DNA from: Escherichia phage DCP548
Reading direction: 5' to 3' (one strand)
Sequence record: PQ671645.1
DNA: 64,000 bases
Under the pieces are notes generated by a model, which saw only the letters and a program-made list of their open reading frames with translations, was not told where the DNA came from and ran no database searches. The position numbers were made by a program, and so were the translations under genes. Positions 16,915 to 27,519 of the stretch are shown one piece after another. Numbering within the stretch: the stretch's first letter is position 1; every line of letters begins with the position of its first letter.

Positions 16915-17292
16915 TTAATTACCAATTGTATATTTTGCTTTCAAAGTCCAGTCATCTTTCTGTTTAAAAGAGATAACACGGAAGTTATTAGTCAGGCCAA
17001 ACAGATCTTCACGAGCAGAGTCTTCAATAACAATCAATCCCCAGTCTTCAAGCAACTGAGCAATCGAATCACGTCGCTGATAGTCTTCACCATCAATATC
17101 AACCTGACGTCCGTCCATACGCAGCATTTCTTTAAAGTGGACGATATAGTACTTACCTTGCTTTTGGAGGATATGACAAGACTGGTAAAGGACTTTATCC
17201 TTGTTATTAGCGATGCCCATACGGGTCAAAGTCTCTTTGACTTTTAGAAAATCTTCAGGGTTCTTCAATTTAATTTCAATCATTTTTACCAT
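16915..17292 (-). CDS. regA: RegA translational repressor
   Basis: 125 aa; [29 protein letters not shown] and [11 protein letters not shown] match remembered T4 RegA. Confidence 0.9.
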   Translation of the reverse strand: MVKMIEIKLKNPEDFLKVKETLTRMGIANNKDKVLYQSCHILQKQGKYYIVHFKEMLRMDGRQVDIDGEDYQRRDSIAQLLEDWGLIVIEDSAREDLFGLTNNFRVISFKQKDDWTLKAKYTIGN

Positions 17293-17849
17293 TCCAATGC
17301 TAATTTTTTAAATTGTTTTTGTTCTTTCACATTTTTTGTAACTTCTTTGAGAAACTCATCAGTGACCATGGCCTTCAGTTCTTTAAGGACTATTGGCAAC
17401 TTGTTATTTTTTTCAAGGAGCCGCTTATACTCGGTAGCATCATTCATGTTGATTGTGTAATGTTTCATCAACAGTTTGATAACTAGTAACTCTGAAGTGT
17501 CTTCGACTAGTTTAGCCCATTTAGAGAATCGACGACCACGCGGAATTGCCGCCATCATATAGTTGAAGTGCGCTTCATCACTTAATTCAGAACCGACTAA
17601 GTTCATCATGTAAACAGCTGGCATACATTCTGGGAACTGGGATAATGAGTTCTCAACCATAAATTTTGAGTAGTCAACCTGAGCAATTGACATAGATTTC
17701 TTTTCATTAATAGCATTAATGATTTTAAAGAATTCATTCTCAGGTTTTTCTTTAAACATATCAGCACATTTTTGAATCGCATCAGCGTCATTAGACTTCC
17801 ATGCAATTTGGTGCTCGTTAAGCTGGACGTCATCATCGAATAAGTTCAT
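17286..17849 (-). CDS. 62: clamp loader subunit gp62
   Basis: 187 aa; synteny between regA and 44. Confidence 0.85.
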   Translation of the reverse strand: MNLFDDDVQLNEHQIAWKSNDADAIQKCADMFKEKPENEFFKIINAINEKKSMSIAQVDYSKFMVENSLSQFPECMPAVYMMNLVGSELSDEAHFNYMMAAIPRGRRFSKWAKLVEDTSELLVIKLLMKHYTINMNDATEYKRLLEKNNKLPIVLKELKAMVTDEFLKEVTKNVKEQKQFKKLALEW

Positions 17850-17850
17850 A

Positions 17851-18813
17851 TTATTTCCAAGTCAGTTCGCAGGTCAGTTGAAGAAGCATATACATAACAT
17901 GTAATTCAATATTACTTGCTAATCCATGAAACTTATTGTTTTCGCCTGCAATTTCATAAAGCGAAATAATACTTTTACCAGGTGCAACTTGGTCATAACA
18001 TTCTGAAACTAATTTATCGATGAACCATGAATAATCTGCGGCATATTTTGGAGCTAATGCACGAAGCTGTTTGATATCTTTGTTCTTCATTGCTTCTATG
18101 ACATCAGAGACTGTGCCACGGTCATTAGTTACGATAGACAAAATACCCGCATCAAGAACACCTTTAGACGAGTACTGGTCTAATTGACCGATTGTGCGAC
18201 GAAAGTCCGGGAAGTTCTTTTTAACAAGAGCTGCAACAACTTTCATATCAACGATTTCGATATTTTCGTTCTTACAGATTTCAACCATACGATGAATCAT
18301 TTTCTTCATCATCGAGATTTTATCTTCTTCGGTTGGACGTCCGAATTCGATAACTCGACAACGACTACGTAATGGTTCAATAATTCCATCGATGTTGTTA
18401 GCAGTAATAACAATAGAGCAGTTACTAGAGAATTCTTCCATAAACGTACGAAGGTGACGTTGTGATTCGGCGAGGCCACTACGGTCAAATTCATCAATAA
18501 CAATAACTTTAGGCTTGCCTTCCATTGAGACTGAACGAGCGAATGCGGTTAACGGACCACGCACAAAATCAATCTTACAATCAGAACCGTTGACAAACAT
18601 CATTTCGGCATTGATATCATTACATAATGCTTTTGCTACTGTTGTTTTACCTGTGCCAGGAGAAGGAGAGTGCAAAATAATATGAGGAAGTTTTCCTTTA
18701 GATACTAAAGACTTGAATGTTTCATGGTCATACGCAGGCAGAATACATTCGTCAATGGAAGAAGGACGATATTTCTGTTCTAGAATGTGTTCTTTGGAAT
18801 TGATAGTAATCAT
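17851..18813 (-). CDS. 44: clamp loader AAA+ ATPase gp44
   Basis: 320 aa; Walker [11 protein letters not shown], Walker [12 protein letters not shown] motif. Confidence 0.93.
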   Translation of the reverse strand: MITINSKEHILEQKYRPSSIDECILPAYDHETFKSLVSKGKLPHIILHSPSPGTGKTTVAKALCNDINAEMMFVNGSDCKIDFVRGPLTAFARSVSMEGKPKVIVIDEFDRSGLAESQRHLRTFMEEFSSNCSIVITANNIDGIIEPLRSRCRVIEFGRPTEEDKISMMKKMIHRMVEICKNENIEIVDMKVVAALVKKNFPDFRRTIGQLDQYSSKGVLDAGILSIVTNDRGTVSDVIEAMKNKDIKQLRALAPKYAADYSWFIDKLVSECYDQVAPGKSIISLYEIAGENNKFHGLASNIELHVMYMLLQLTCELTWK

Positions 18814-18839
18814 GTAATTTTCCTCATTATCATTAAACT

Positions 18840-18855
18840 GGAGGATTTCTCCTCC
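18840..18855 (-). other. RNA hairpin in the 45-44 intercistronic region
   Basis: GGAGGA-GAAA-UCCUCC on minus RNA, upstream of the gene 44 RBS. Confidence 0.4.
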
Positions 18856-18888
18856 ATAATAGTACTACATTAAACGTAAAGCTTTGAC

Positions 18889-19575
18889 TTAGAAGTCGTG
18901 AGTAGAATCGGCTTCCATCGCAATAACATAACTTACTTGAGGGCTTTCAAACTTGGCTGCAACTTTATCACCAGCTCCCCACAACATTACTTTATAGTTA
19001 CCTGGCTGGATTTTCATATTAGCCATATTGATTACGAAGTTAAAATTGTTAGAACCGTCATAATCGGTAAGAGTCAAAGAATACTTAGGACGGGTTAGTC
19101 CAGAATCTTCAACTTTATTATAGCCATTGATAACAATTTTACCATCTTTATTTGTAATAGCAATTGTATCAATCTGAAGACCACGTGAAACTCGAAGCAA
19201 TTGTTGAAGGTCTTCGGCTTTAATTTCAGTAATCACAGAAGCCACTGGGAATTGAATTGGCTTATTAGGAAAAACAATGGTGCTCTTGTCAGCGGCAGGC
19301 CAATAAACCGTGGAACGTGTATCTGCAATTTTAATATTGCCATCGGTGTGCATTGAAATTTCGGCATCATCAGACACTAGACTCAAAATGCTTAAGAAGC
19401 TATTCAAATCATAAAGTGCTACGTCAAAATCAATTTCATCAGAGATATTTGCTTCCGCATAAGTGGTGCCATTAACTGCACGAGTCATAATAAATTTACC
19501 TTGACTCAGCAGAATGCCGGAGTTAATAGAGGCAAAGTTTTTCAGAATAGCGATAGTATCTTTAGACAGTTTCAT
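18889..19575 (-). CDS. 45: sliding clamp gp45
   Basis: Track ORF begins at a TTG; trimmed to ATG at 19575 (MKLSKDT...) with AGGAA RBS, giving 228 aa as in T4 gp45. Confidence 0.9.
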   Translation of the reverse strand: MKLSKDTIAILKNFASINSGILLSQGKFIMTRAVNGTTYAEANISDEIDFDVALYDLNSFLSILSLVSDDAEISMHTDGNIKIADTRSTVYWPAADKSTIVFPNKPIQFPVASVITEIKAEDLQQLLRVSRGLQIDTIAITNKDGKIVINGYNKVEDSGLTRPKYSLTLTDYDGSNNFNFVINMANMKIQPGNYKVMLWGAGDKVAAKFESPQVSYVIAMEADSTHDF

Positions 19576-19617
19576 TTTATTTCCTTTCAAGACAATTCAA
19601 AGTTTATAACAAATTTA

Positions 19618-20034
19618 TTATGCAGCAACCATTTGCTTTTTAATAGCTTCAGGCAGTGATTCAATATATTCTGGAATTTTAGAAGCAACAATTTCGCCAG
19701 CTGCAATTAGCTGTTCGTCGGCATCAACACAGTAGAAATCTTCCAGACGCTCAGAACCATCTTTATCAAGAACGATTTTTCCGCCGGCTTCAATAGAATC
19801 TTTATAGTGCTTACGCATCAGATGAATCCACATAACAGATACATCGTTATCAATAAAACCATAAATCATAAAACGAGTTTCTTGTGGCAAAGATTGGAGT
19901 TTTTTAGCACTTACGTCATCACAATGCAGGACCCATGCTTTACGAACACGATTATGGTTATGTGGGTTAGCGTCAGTACGGATAGAAGTAACTTTCAGAT
20001 CAGCAGCAGTGAAACCTTTAGCAGTAGTAAACAT
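19618..20034 (-). CDS. rpbA: RpbA-like RNA polymerase-binding protein (by position)
   Basis: 138-aa ORF immediately downstream of gene 45 as in T4; sequence not independently recognised. Confidence 0.45.
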   Translation of the reverse strand: MFTTAKGFTAADLKVTSIRTDANPHNHNRVRKAWVLHCDDVSAKKLQSLPQETRFMIYGFIDNDVSVMWIHLMRKHYKDSIEAGGKIVLDKDGSERLEDFYCVDADEQLIAAGEIVASKIPEYIESLPEAIKKQMVAA

Positions 20035-20046
20035 ATTATTTCTCTC

Positions 20047-20247
20047 TTATTCGTAGAAGTCGGTAACTGTCCATGCGGAATTGCGATTAGACATTATTTT
20101 ATTATACTCATCTTTAAAAGCAGATTTGAGCATTTGTTCAGTAACAATATGTTCTTCACCTGAAAACGTATTGGTCAAAACATATTTTTTAATTTCAGGG
20201 ACAACGAGAAGATGTTGGCCAGTTGAATACTCCATGTTGTTCTCCAT
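20047..20247 (-). CDS. hypothetical small protein
   Basis: 66-aa minus ORF. Confidence 0.4.
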   Translation of the reverse strand: MENNMEYSTGQHLLVVPEIKKYVLTNTFSGEEHIVTEQMLKSAFKDEYNKIMSNRNSAWTVTDFYE

Positions 20248-20289
20248 TTAATTTGATGTGGTCATTATAACCACATCGTGTTAAAGCGT

Positions 20290-21978
20290 TTATGAAACAG
20301 TCATTACCGTAAATCGTCCAACTTTGCTCATTTGAAGATGTTGTCCATAAGCTTGTGGGTCATGGTCTCTATGACTAATTATAAACACGTTTGCATCGGT
20401 TAGAGAGTTAAGAATTGTTGAAATAGCTTTAATACCTTCAGAATCAGTCGCGGAATCCATGACTTCGTCCATAATTAATGTATTGATTCTAACACCAGAG
20501 ACCTTTTCAGCAATATCTCGCCATGTAAACAACAATGCGATATCGATACGTGCCTTTTCACCTTGACTAAATGAAGCATAACTGAACTCTTCACGGCCAC
20601 GTGATTTTATAGATTCATTGAATTCTTCGTCAATAGAAAACACGTAATCAGCTTCCATGATTTTAAGATAATGGTTAATCTGCTTGTTGAACAGAGGCAC
20701 ATATTTTTTAATGATAGCACCTTTAATACCAGAATCTTTTAACATATCTGTGATAATACCACGATGGTATTTTTCAAGAACGATATCAGATTTTGTTTTA
20801 ATGATTTTATCAAGTTCTTTTTGAAGCAAAGCTATCTCATCAGCATGGTCGATAAATTCAGCTGAGGCTTGTTCTATTGCAGCTTTAACTTTCTTAGCTT
20901 TATCAATAGTGGCAATCATTGCTTGTTTCTTGGTACGAATATCAGATGCAAGGTCCTGTTTAGTCTTAACATTAGCTCTATATTCGTCCACTAGGACACT
21001 CAGATTATCTCTGTGACATGTAAGTTGCTCGAATGAGTGATTACATTCATGAAGCTTATCGGTAATCTTAGAGACAATAGGATCACCCTGGTGCAACTGC
21101 GATGCACAAGTAGGACATGTACCACCATCATGATACATCTTAATAACTTTGTTATACGAGTCGATTTTAGATTTAATCAAGAATGCTTCTTGTCCTATCT
21201 TGTTGAATGCCTCAGTAGGGTCTTCGTCAAGAACGATATTAAGTAGTCGCTCATTAGCTTCTTCGATTTCTGCTTTTAATGAACGAGCTTCTTTGGCTAG
21301 GTCGTCATACATATTCTGTAGACGCGCTACATTATCACCAGATAATTTCTTTTGACGTTCGATATTCTCGTTATAAATCTTAATTTGTTGGATAACACCA
21401 TCTTTCTTGGCATCGAGAACTTGTCCCTGTGAATTAAGTTCTCGAACTTGAGACTTATTGATTTTATCCATTTCAGCGAGTGTGCCAACTTCTAAAAGGT
21501 CTTCGACAAGTTTTCTGCGAGCAGGGGTGCTAAGAGCCATGAAAGGGGTATACCCTGCCGTCCCAAGCACAACGATTTGTTTAAAAGACGCGTATGACAT
21601 TCCGATGCTACGTTCAAATTCTTCTTGGAAGTCACGACTGCTGGCAGATTCATCAAGACGAACACCGTCAACGGAGATTTCGAAAATATTGGGCTTTTGG
21701 CCACGTTTAATGAAGTATTTTTTACCATCGAATTCCATCCAAAGCTCAACTAAGAGCTCTTTCTTGTTCGTGCTATTAATGATTTGCCCTTTCTTAACAT
21801 CACGAAATGGTTTACCGAAAAGTCCGAAAGTAATGGCTTCTAACATCGTAGATTTACCACCACCATTTTTACCAGTGATTAATGTCTTTTGGACTTTATC
21901 TAATTGGATGTCAATAGGATTCCCACCTACCGACATGATGTTTTGATAACGAACACGATTTAATTTAAATGATTTCAT
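20290..21978 (-). CDS. 46: recombination nuclease subunit gp46 (Rad50/SbcC-like ATPase)
   Basis: 562 aa; Walker A GKNGGGKST, central coiled coil with CPTC zinc hook, C-terminal ABC signature/Walker B. Confidence 0.93.
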   Translation of the reverse strand: MKSFKLNRVRYQNIMSVGGNPIDIQLDKVQKTLITGKNGGGKSTMLEAITFGLFGKPFRDVKKGQIINSTNKKELLVELWMEFDGKKYFIKRGQKPNIFEISVDGVRLDESASSRDFQEEFERSIGMSYASFKQIVVLGTAGYTPFMALSTPARRKLVEDLLEVGTLAEMDKINKSQVRELNSQGQVLDAKKDGVIQQIKIYNENIERQKKLSGDNVARLQNMYDDLAKEARSLKAEIEEANERLLNIVLDEDPTEAFNKIGQEAFLIKSKIDSYNKVIKMYHDGGTCPTCASQLHQGDPIVSKITDKLHECNHSFEQLTCHRDNLSVLVDEYRANVKTKQDLASDIRTKKQAMIATIDKAKKVKAAIEQASAEFIDHADEIALLQKELDKIIKTKSDIVLEKYHRGIITDMLKDSGIKGAIIKKYVPLFNKQINHYLKIMEADYVFSIDEEFNESIKSRGREEFSYASFSQGEKARIDIALLFTWRDIAEKVSGVRINTLIMDEVMDSATDSEGIKAISTILNSLTDANVFIISHRDHDPQAYGQHLQMSKVGRFTVMTVS

Positions 21979-22241
21979 ATGTATTCTCTTCGAATGAAGT
22001 CCTCTACATATTTTAACATGTCATCTCTATCAGCAAAATATTCATCTAGTTCTGCATACATAACAACACCTGGTGCGTACTCACAGGTAACATACATTGT
22101 TCCAAAGAAACGAGGAGTTGATTCCTCGTAATTCTCAGTCCATTCAACGACACCAATATAACCGTCACCAATACTAAATTCATGACGATGGATTTCATAA
22201 TCAGTTTTCGTCATTATACGCATCCTTGATACATGCTTCAA
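21975..22241 (-). CDS. hypothetical protein
   Basis: 88-aa minus ORF; start may be internal. Confidence 0.4.
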   Translation of the reverse strand: MKHVSRMRIMTKTDYEIHRHEFSIGDGYIGVVEWTENYEESTPRFFGTMYVTCEYAPGVVMYAELDEYFADRDDMLKYVEDFIRREYI

Positions 22242-22458
22242 CCATTTTAAGAATAGAGCCAGGAGTATCGTTGTCCATTATATTAAAGCTAAATTCAATA
22301 GCCCAGTCGGTGCAGACATGAACTGCTTTAACTTCATTGCCTTCAACGCGTAATGGCTCAATCCAATACTTGATAGTGTTCTCGAATCCATCATCATCTT
22401 TAACGTCCATTTCAACTTCAAGCCTGAGTCCAGCATTGTTAAATTCATCTAAAGTCAT
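22201..22458 (-). CDS. hypothetical protein
   Basis: 85-aa minus ORF. Confidence 0.4.
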   Translation of the reverse strand: MTLDEFNNAGLRLEVEMDVKDDDGFENTIKYWIEPLRVEGNEVKAVHVCTDWAIEFSFNIMDNDTPGSILKMVEACIKDAYNDEN

Positions 22459-23474
22459 TGTGTTGCCTCAATATAAAGTTCGTTGGAATATTTGACCAGC
22501 GCTTCTCTGTCTTCGTCTGAGATATCTGGAATCGCGTCAATATATTCTTTAATGATATCTTGAAGTGATTTAATCTCGATTTCCTGGTCGTCATCAGATT
22601 CAACACTGTTATCAACTTTAGAAACCATACGAAGAGAGTGAACTACTTTTTCAAGTTCAGATTCAAACTTAGTCAACTCTGAATCAATTTCTGATACTAT
22701 AACACGTACGGCTAGATTAGTATAATCAGAATAATTGATTTTGCCTTTAAACGGATAAGTGATTCGTCGATGCCATGTTGTTTCATTAGGAATAAATTCC
22801 ATACGTTCAACATCGGTGTCAAATACCCAGAATCCGCGCGGGTCGTTTTCATCACCTGCAGTAAGGGTCCATGGTGTCCCAATATATTTGACGTTAGCAG
22901 CTTCAGAGATTGTGTGGAAGTGGCCAGACCAGACTTGTTTATAGGTCTTTAAGAAATCAGGTTCAAGCCCATGAGACTTCATTCCTTTATAGAAATAAAA
23001 ACCATTCAGTTCCCAGTGCCCAACACAAAAAGAAGCAGATGAAGTTTTGATATGTTCAAGAATTTCACCAGTATTTTCTTCGCACATCCAAGGAATTAAA
23101 TCAATCAAACATCCGTCAAAATCTACTGTAGTAGGCTTATCGTATACTTTAACATTAGGATATTTAGCTAAAAGCTCAGTAGAAGCGTTTGGAGTTAAAG
23201 TATTTTTAAAGTGCATATCATGGTTTCCTACAACAGTATGTAGGGTAATACCAGCATCATCAAGCATTTGAACTATTTCACGTGCGAACTCCATAGTTTT
23301 ATGCGTGATTGCTTTTCGCACATCAAAAATATCGCCGTATTGAATCCATGTAGTAATTCCATTTTTCTTAGAATATTCTATCGCCTGCTTAATTCCATCC
23401 AACTGAATGGATTGAACCCACTCATCATCGGCTTTAACACCTAAATGCCAATCACCTAAATTTAAAATTTTCAT
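22455..23474 (-). CDS. 47: recombination nuclease subunit gp47 (Mre11/SbcD-like)
   Basis: 339 aa; phosphoesterase motifs LGDWHLG, GDIFD, GNHD. Confidence 0.92.
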   Translation of the reverse strand: MKILNLGDWHLGVKADDEWVQSIQLDGIKQAIEYSKKNGITTWIQYGDIFDVRKAITHKTMEFAREIVQMLDDAGITLHTVVGNHDMHFKNTLTPNASTELLAKYPNVKVYDKPTTVDFDGCLIDLIPWMCEENTGEILEHIKTSSASFCVGHWELNGFYFYKGMKSHGLEPDFLKTYKQVWSGHFHTISEAANVKYIGTPWTLTAGDENDPRGFWVFDTDVERMEFIPNETTWHRRITYPFKGKINYSDYTNLAVRVIVSEIDSELTKFESELEKVVHSLRMVSKVDNSVESDDDQEIEIKSLQDIIKEYIDAIPDISDEDREALVKYSNELYIEATQ

Positions 23475-23520
23475 ATTATTTCCTCATTAGTTAATTCATT
23501 CTATCATCCGTTTATAAAGC

Positions 23521-23546
23521 AAAAAAAGGAACTCCGAAGAGTTCCT
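23521..23546 (-). terminator. rho-independent terminator
   Basis: Minus-strand RNA: AGGAACUC-UUCG-GAGUUCCU followed by UUUUUUU. Confidence 0.7.
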
Positions 23547-23718
23547 ATCCACATAGTACACCGTACAGAGGCTCATTTGAACTTTTAAATCGAATGGGCT
23601 TGTATGTAATAGTTCCTTCGGCTTTAGCTTTATCATAAGACTCTTTAAAACGTCTCATTCTTTCTGCTTTGCCTTTACGGATTTTATCGAAATTTTCAGA
23701 AGTCGGGATGTTCGTCAT
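23545..23718 (-). CDS. small basic ORF (57 aa)
   Basis: Hand-found; MTNIPTSENFDKIRKGKAERMRRF...; stop overlaps terminator stem. Confidence 0.3.
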   Translation of the reverse strand: MTNIPTSENFDKIRKGKAERMRRFKESYDKAKAEGTITYKPIRFKSSNEPLYGVLCG

Positions 23719-23757
23719 GCATAAGCACCTCTCAGAAAATGCCTAAATCGATTTCTC

Positions 23758-23979
23758 TCATCGTTTCCACCATTTCTTAACTTGAAATGAATCGACCCAC
23801 ACGAGTTGTTTTGGGTCTGCCTTTACAATAGGCGGACAAATTTCTGTAATAGAACCGTCGTGATATTCCTTTTCGGAAATTTTAACACAAAGAGGACCTC
23901 CCAATTTAAGGGTGAATCCTGCGTTCAGATTAAGACGTTTAAACTTTGTTTGAACTAGCGCCATTAATGATGTCCTCAA
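23758..23979 (-). CDS. hypothetical protein
   Basis: 73-aa minus ORF. Confidence 0.4.
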   Translation of the reverse strand: MRTSLMALVQTKFKRLNLNAGFTLKLGGPLCVKISEKEYHDGSITEICPPIVKADPKQLVWVDSFQVKKWWKR

Positions 23980-24262
23980 TAGCCTGACGAGTAGTAACCC
24001 ACTGGATTTTAATTAACTTGTCATTATATGGTTGTCGTAGAATATCCCGAGATTTCTTAATAGCATATTCGTAAGCTTCGAAGTTGTTTTGAATTGCTGC
24101 TTCTTGAGCATGAGCATAAAGACGGTTTAGCTCAAAACGATTCTTTTTAAGAATCTTTTCGGATTTTTTACGTGCTTCAGCTTCATTTTTCTTTTGGATT
24201 TCTTGTAGCATTTTAGCTACTGCATCTTCTGCTTCTTTATTTTCAATAATCTCGGTAGTCAT
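23939..24262 (-). CDS. hypothetical protein
   Basis: 107-aa minus ORF, charged/helical. Confidence 0.45.
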   Translation of the reverse strand: MTTEIIENKEAEDAVAKMLQEIQKKNEAEARKKSEKILKKNRFELNRLYAHAQEAAIQNNFEAYEYAIKKSRDILRQPYNDKLIKIQWVTTRQAIEDIINGASSNKV

Positions 24263-24263
24263 A

Positions 24264-24557
24264 TTATCTCATTAAATTAAAATAAAAACGTCCATCCTCT
24301 TCAATACAGAACTCATACTCAACCGGAGTCCCATTTATCGAAAATGACACGTCATGTGGGTTCAAAGGGTCGATGTCAAAATTAATTTTAAATTCACGAC
24401 CCAACAGTTTTACCAAATAAGGGATTGCTTCGTCAAAAGGTTCTTCTAAGTAGTTAGAGATGTCAATTGTCATCCTCATATAAAAAATCCAAACTAGGCG
24501 AATCGCTAACAACTTCCTTCTTTTCAGCCCCAGGAGCTTTATAAGCGGATTCTTCAT
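24264..24557 (-). CDS. hypothetical protein (start uncertain, probably internal near 24473)
   Basis: 97-aa track ORF overlaps the 3' end of gene 55. Confidence 0.4.
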   Translation of the reverse strand: MKNPLIKLLGLKRRKLLAIRLVWIFYMRMTIDISNYLEEPFDEAIPYLVKLLGREFKINFDIDPLNPHDVSFSINGTPVEYEFCIEEDGRFYFNLMR

Positions 24558-25020
24558 AATGCGTCATTTTATCGTAGATGTCTTGAATAAACGTTTCATC
24601 TACCAACGCTACCATATCATCGTCATGACTGTCGTAGACGTTATGAACGAAGTAACTATATTTCTTTGCAACTTCCTTACGCTCTTTTTTGATACGTTGG
24701 ACAAAAGCATTAAAACAAGCTCGAGTTATGTATGCATGTGGGTTATTGTACTTAGTTTCGTCGAAATTATGAAGTCCCTTAATAGAGGCTTCAATCCCAT
24801 CTGCAATCATCTCCTGCTTCCAAGACTGGGTATATCCTGAAAAGTTGAAACGTTTGGACAGGCCTTCGGCGATAAGCATAATTGCTAAACCGATGGTATC
24901 ATTCTGACGAATAATTTTGTTTGGGTCTTTATTATTTAAGAGCTCCTTTTTCCACTCGATTATAGCGGCGAGAAGCTCTTTATTATTCACATAGTTATTT
25001 TTAGGTTTTTGTTCAGTCAT
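24463..25020 (-). CDS. 55: late sigma factor gp55
   Basis: 185 aa; [16 protein letters not shown] matches remembered T4 gp55. Confidence 0.9.
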   Translation of the reverse strand: MTEQKPKNNYVNNKELLAAIIEWKKELLNNKDPNKIIRQNDTIGLAIMLIAEGLSKRFNFSGYTQSWKQEMIADGIEASIKGLHNFDETKYNNPHAYITRACFNAFVQRIKKERKEVAKKYSYFVHNVYDSHDDDMVALVDETFIQDIYDKMTHYEESAYKAPGAEKKEVVSDSPSLDFLYEDDN

Positions 25021-25092
25021 AAGTACCTCTTAGCTCAATTCATAGGTCTATTATATCATAATATTTAGAGACCTATCTTAAAGCACGAGATA

Positions 25093-25362
25093 CTATCGGA
25101 GCAAACAATAAGCCTGAAACACTTTTTCCATTAAACGTTTGAACTCATGGATATCGATATAAAGCTCAGTAAGACCGGCATTATAAAGAAAATCTAAAAA
25201 GTTCTCATGTGTTTCGTTATAGTCGCCTTCGTTTAATTGAGATACATGAGTTTCCCAAAAACCAACACCTTTAACGAATGGAAAATACGTGACTTTCATA
25301 TATTCGTCAACATAAAATTCGCCCAGCTTTTCTTCAGTTATACTGATTCGAGTTAATTTCAT
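25093..25362 (-). CDS. hypothetical protein
   Basis: 89-aa minus ORF. Confidence 0.45.
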   Translation of the reverse strand: MKLTRISITEEKLGEFYVDEYMKVTYFPFVKGVGFWETHVSQLNEGDYNETHENFLDFLYNAGLTELYIDIHEFKRLMEKVFQAYCLLR

Positions 25363-25586
25363 TCTAGTTCCTTTGCTGCTTCAAGAGCATCATCCAACGA
25401 ATCAAATTGGTCAACGAAATCGATATTCAACGCATCGTCAGCCGTAGCATATAGCCACCATTGTTTGAATTCATATTCTAGGATAAATCCAAGCCCTTCA
25501 ATCTGAGAAAGACCTAGACTATTTGTACCAACTTCATAACCAGCTAGACGCAGGTCATTAATCAAAGTTTCTGTTAATACGCTCAT
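25359..25586 (-). CDS. hypothetical protein
   Basis: 75-aa acidic minus ORF. Confidence 0.45.
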   Translation of the reverse strand: MSVLTETLINDLRLAGYEVGTNSLGLSQIEGLGFILEYEFKQWWLYATADDALNIDFVDQFDSLDDALEAAKELE

Positions 25587-25915
25587 TTTACCGCCTTAAC
25601 AATTTTCAGGTCAACGAATTTTTTCTTACGTTGATTTTTCATACGACGGATAGTCTTTTCAGAGATTTCATGTTTCTGATAAGCTTTAGATTCAACACCA
25701 AATGCAGCAACGTCAAATTCAGAAAGAATATATTGTACTAGAATTTCACGAATAGAATTACGTCCAATTTTCTGGTCGTGTTTTTGCATAATTTCATAAA
25801 GACGGAATTCCCACGCGTCAAGGACTTGAGGAGTAACAATATTGCCGGATTCCAGAAGAGCAACAACTTTATCGAAAGCGAAAGAATTAACTACGTTTTT
25901 GATTTTAGTAGACAT
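25583..25915 (-). CDS. hypothetical protein
   Basis: Track ORF trimmed to ATG at 25915 (MSTKIKN...) with GAGGA RBS; upstream part overlaps the promoter cassette. Confidence 0.45.
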   Translation of the reverse strand: MSTKIKNVVNSFAFDKVVALLESGNIVTPQVLDAWEFRLYEIMQKHDQKIGRNSIREILVQYILSEFDVAAFGVESKAYQKHEISEKTIRRMKNQRKKKFVDLKIVKAVK

Positions 25916-25930
25916 ATTATTTTCCTCGGT

Positions 25931-25980
25931 TATTTTATTATCCAATGAGAGAATTATACTCTGCTCTCAAGAGTTTATAT
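25931..25980 (-). repeat. promoter cassette copy A (about 46 bp, near-identical to 56637..56684)
   Basis: ttattatccaatgagagaattatactctgctctcaagagttt; contains minus-strand TATAAT. Confidence 0.6.
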
Positions 25981-25981
25981 A

Positions 25982-26221
25982 CTATTTTTTAAGCATGAAA
26001 AGTAAGTAATTTGTATCACGTGGAGTAATATCAACACCCATATCAAAGATGCCTTTATAGATTGGGTATTTATTTTCGGTTGTATCGAAGCTGAAACTAT
26101 TTCCATCACAACTAACAGTAATAGCATCTGTTAAAATGTCATACTCAATCCTAACAATTGAATCCCCAATTTTAACGTCGAGGTGTTTTTTGAATTTGAT
26201 AAAATCTAATTCTTGGGCCAT
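25982..26221 (-). CDS. hypothetical protein
   Basis: 79-aa minus ORF. Confidence 0.45.
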   Translation of the reverse strand: MAQELDFIKFKKHLDVKIGDSIVRIEYDILTDAITVSCDGNSFSFDTTENKYPIYKGIFDMGVDITPRDTNYLLFMLKK

Positions 26222-26286
26222 GATATTTTCCTCATTTTAAGACGATAGGAAGATAATAACATTCGTCTTCCTATCGTTGTATATTA

Positions 26287-26499
26287 TTAACCGAACTTTT
26301 TAGCGCCTTTCCAGCCTTCGTACATAGTTGCGCAAGTCAATAGCACAGCATGTTGACATTCTTTGTATTTGTAAATCCAGAACCAACGTAAAAAGTCTTC
26401 ATCCTCAACGCCGTTGAGTTTCATATTGGCAAAGAATTCGGCACGTTCTTCACGAAGTTGCCATGACACAATATTTTCAGGATTCATTTTGTGTTCCAC
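26287..26499 (-). CDS. hypothetical protein
   Basis: 70-aa minus ORF. Confidence 0.4.
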   Translation of the reverse strand: MEHKMNPENIVSWQLREERAEFFANMKLNGVEDEDFLRWFWIYKYKECQHAVLLTCATMYEGWKGAKKFG

Positions 26500-26711
26500 G
26501 TCCCATTTTCATCGATGAACTTAATCCAGTCATTTACAGACCATTTAGTTGTATCACCCTTTGGATTAACATTTAAAGTATATAATCCCTGCTTAAAAAG
26601 CATTCGTTTGATATTCATAATTTCCTCAACTGTAACGATAACATTCGTTAGCTTTACGTTTGGCTTCAGTATGAGAAGTATTATAATCATAATCTTCTTT
26701 ACTGTAAACAT
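26484..26711 (-). CDS. hypothetical protein
   Basis: 75-aa minus ORF. Confidence 0.4.
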   Translation of the reverse strand: MFTVKKIMIIILLILKPNVKLTNVIVTVEEIMNIKRMLFKQGLYTLNVNPKGDTTKWSVNDWIKFIDENGTWNTK

Positions 26712-26946
26712 CTTTTTTCAACTTACGAACTTCTTTGCGAAGTTGTCGATTCATTTCGTTCTTGACTTCGGAATCAACGCCTTTCATACGTTTCCATTTA
26801 TCTGAGCGGAAAATGTTTTCAACCATGTCTTTGTGGCTAACACCGTCAGGAGCTTTACGTTTACCAAAATAGTCGTAATCACGAACTTTCAAATCTTTAC
26901 GACGATACGTTTTACCCATAAGTACCTCAGAGGTTGATTGATACAA
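26626..26946 (-). CDS. hypothetical basic protein
   Basis: 106-aa Lys/Arg-rich minus ORF; start uncertain. Confidence 0.4.
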   Translation of the reverse strand: MYQSTSEVLMGKTYRRKDLKVRDYDYFGKRKAPDGVSHKDMVENIFRSDKWKRMKGVDSEVKNEMNRQLRKEVRKLKKDVYSKEDYDYNTSHTEAKRKANECYRYS

Positions 26947-27175
26947 TGCGTTTGATAAAATTCACTTCACTTACTGAAAGGTCTTTAAGACCGATTGATT
27001 CTAAACGCTGAGTAAGCGTCAACATTGGGATATAGTCCCAATGTGTTTTAGACGTTTGATAAGTATGGACGCCATTAGCAATTTCAACATGCAAATCGGA
27101 AATGGTAACGAATACTGGACGCTCATCATTAACTTTAAGGGTTAGAACAACTTTCTTTGAATCTAAACTAATCAT
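26927..27175 (-). CDS. hypothetical protein
   Basis: 82-aa minus ORF. Confidence 0.4.
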   Translation of the reverse strand: MISLDSKKVVLTLKVNDERPVFVTISDLHVEIANGVHTYQTSKTHWDYIPMLTLTQRLESIGLKDLSVSEVNFIKRIVSINL

Positions 27176-27474
27176 GGCTTAATTTCCTTCGCAATTGAAC
27201 AGAAGATACCACGGTCACAAAGCATTTCACCAATTTCTGGATATTTGATCGAACGGTACCAAACATCCAGGCTTGAAACTCTGGTTATCTGTACTGCATT
27301 ACCATTGACAGAATAGTACTGGTCAACCTTAATTTCTTTATCTTCAATTGTCATTTTATTTTCCTCTATAGTGGATGGTTTAATCTTAACACATCTATTG
27401 AGGATGTAAACTGTTTTATGAAAATATTTTCGATTTGAGAGGGGCACAAGGAGATAGTGAAGTGAAGATTCCAA
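27172..27474 (-). CDS. hypothetical protein
   Basis: 100-aa minus ORF. Confidence 0.4.
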   Translation of the reverse strand: MESSLHYLLVPLSNRKYFHKTVYILNRCVKIKPSTIEENKMTIEDKEIKVDQYYSVNGNAVQITRVSSLDVWYRSIKYPEIGEMLCDRGIFCSIAKEIKP

Positions 27475-27519
27475 TGGATTATATTAGAAATGAGATAAAG
27501 AAGACCAGGCGGCACCTGG

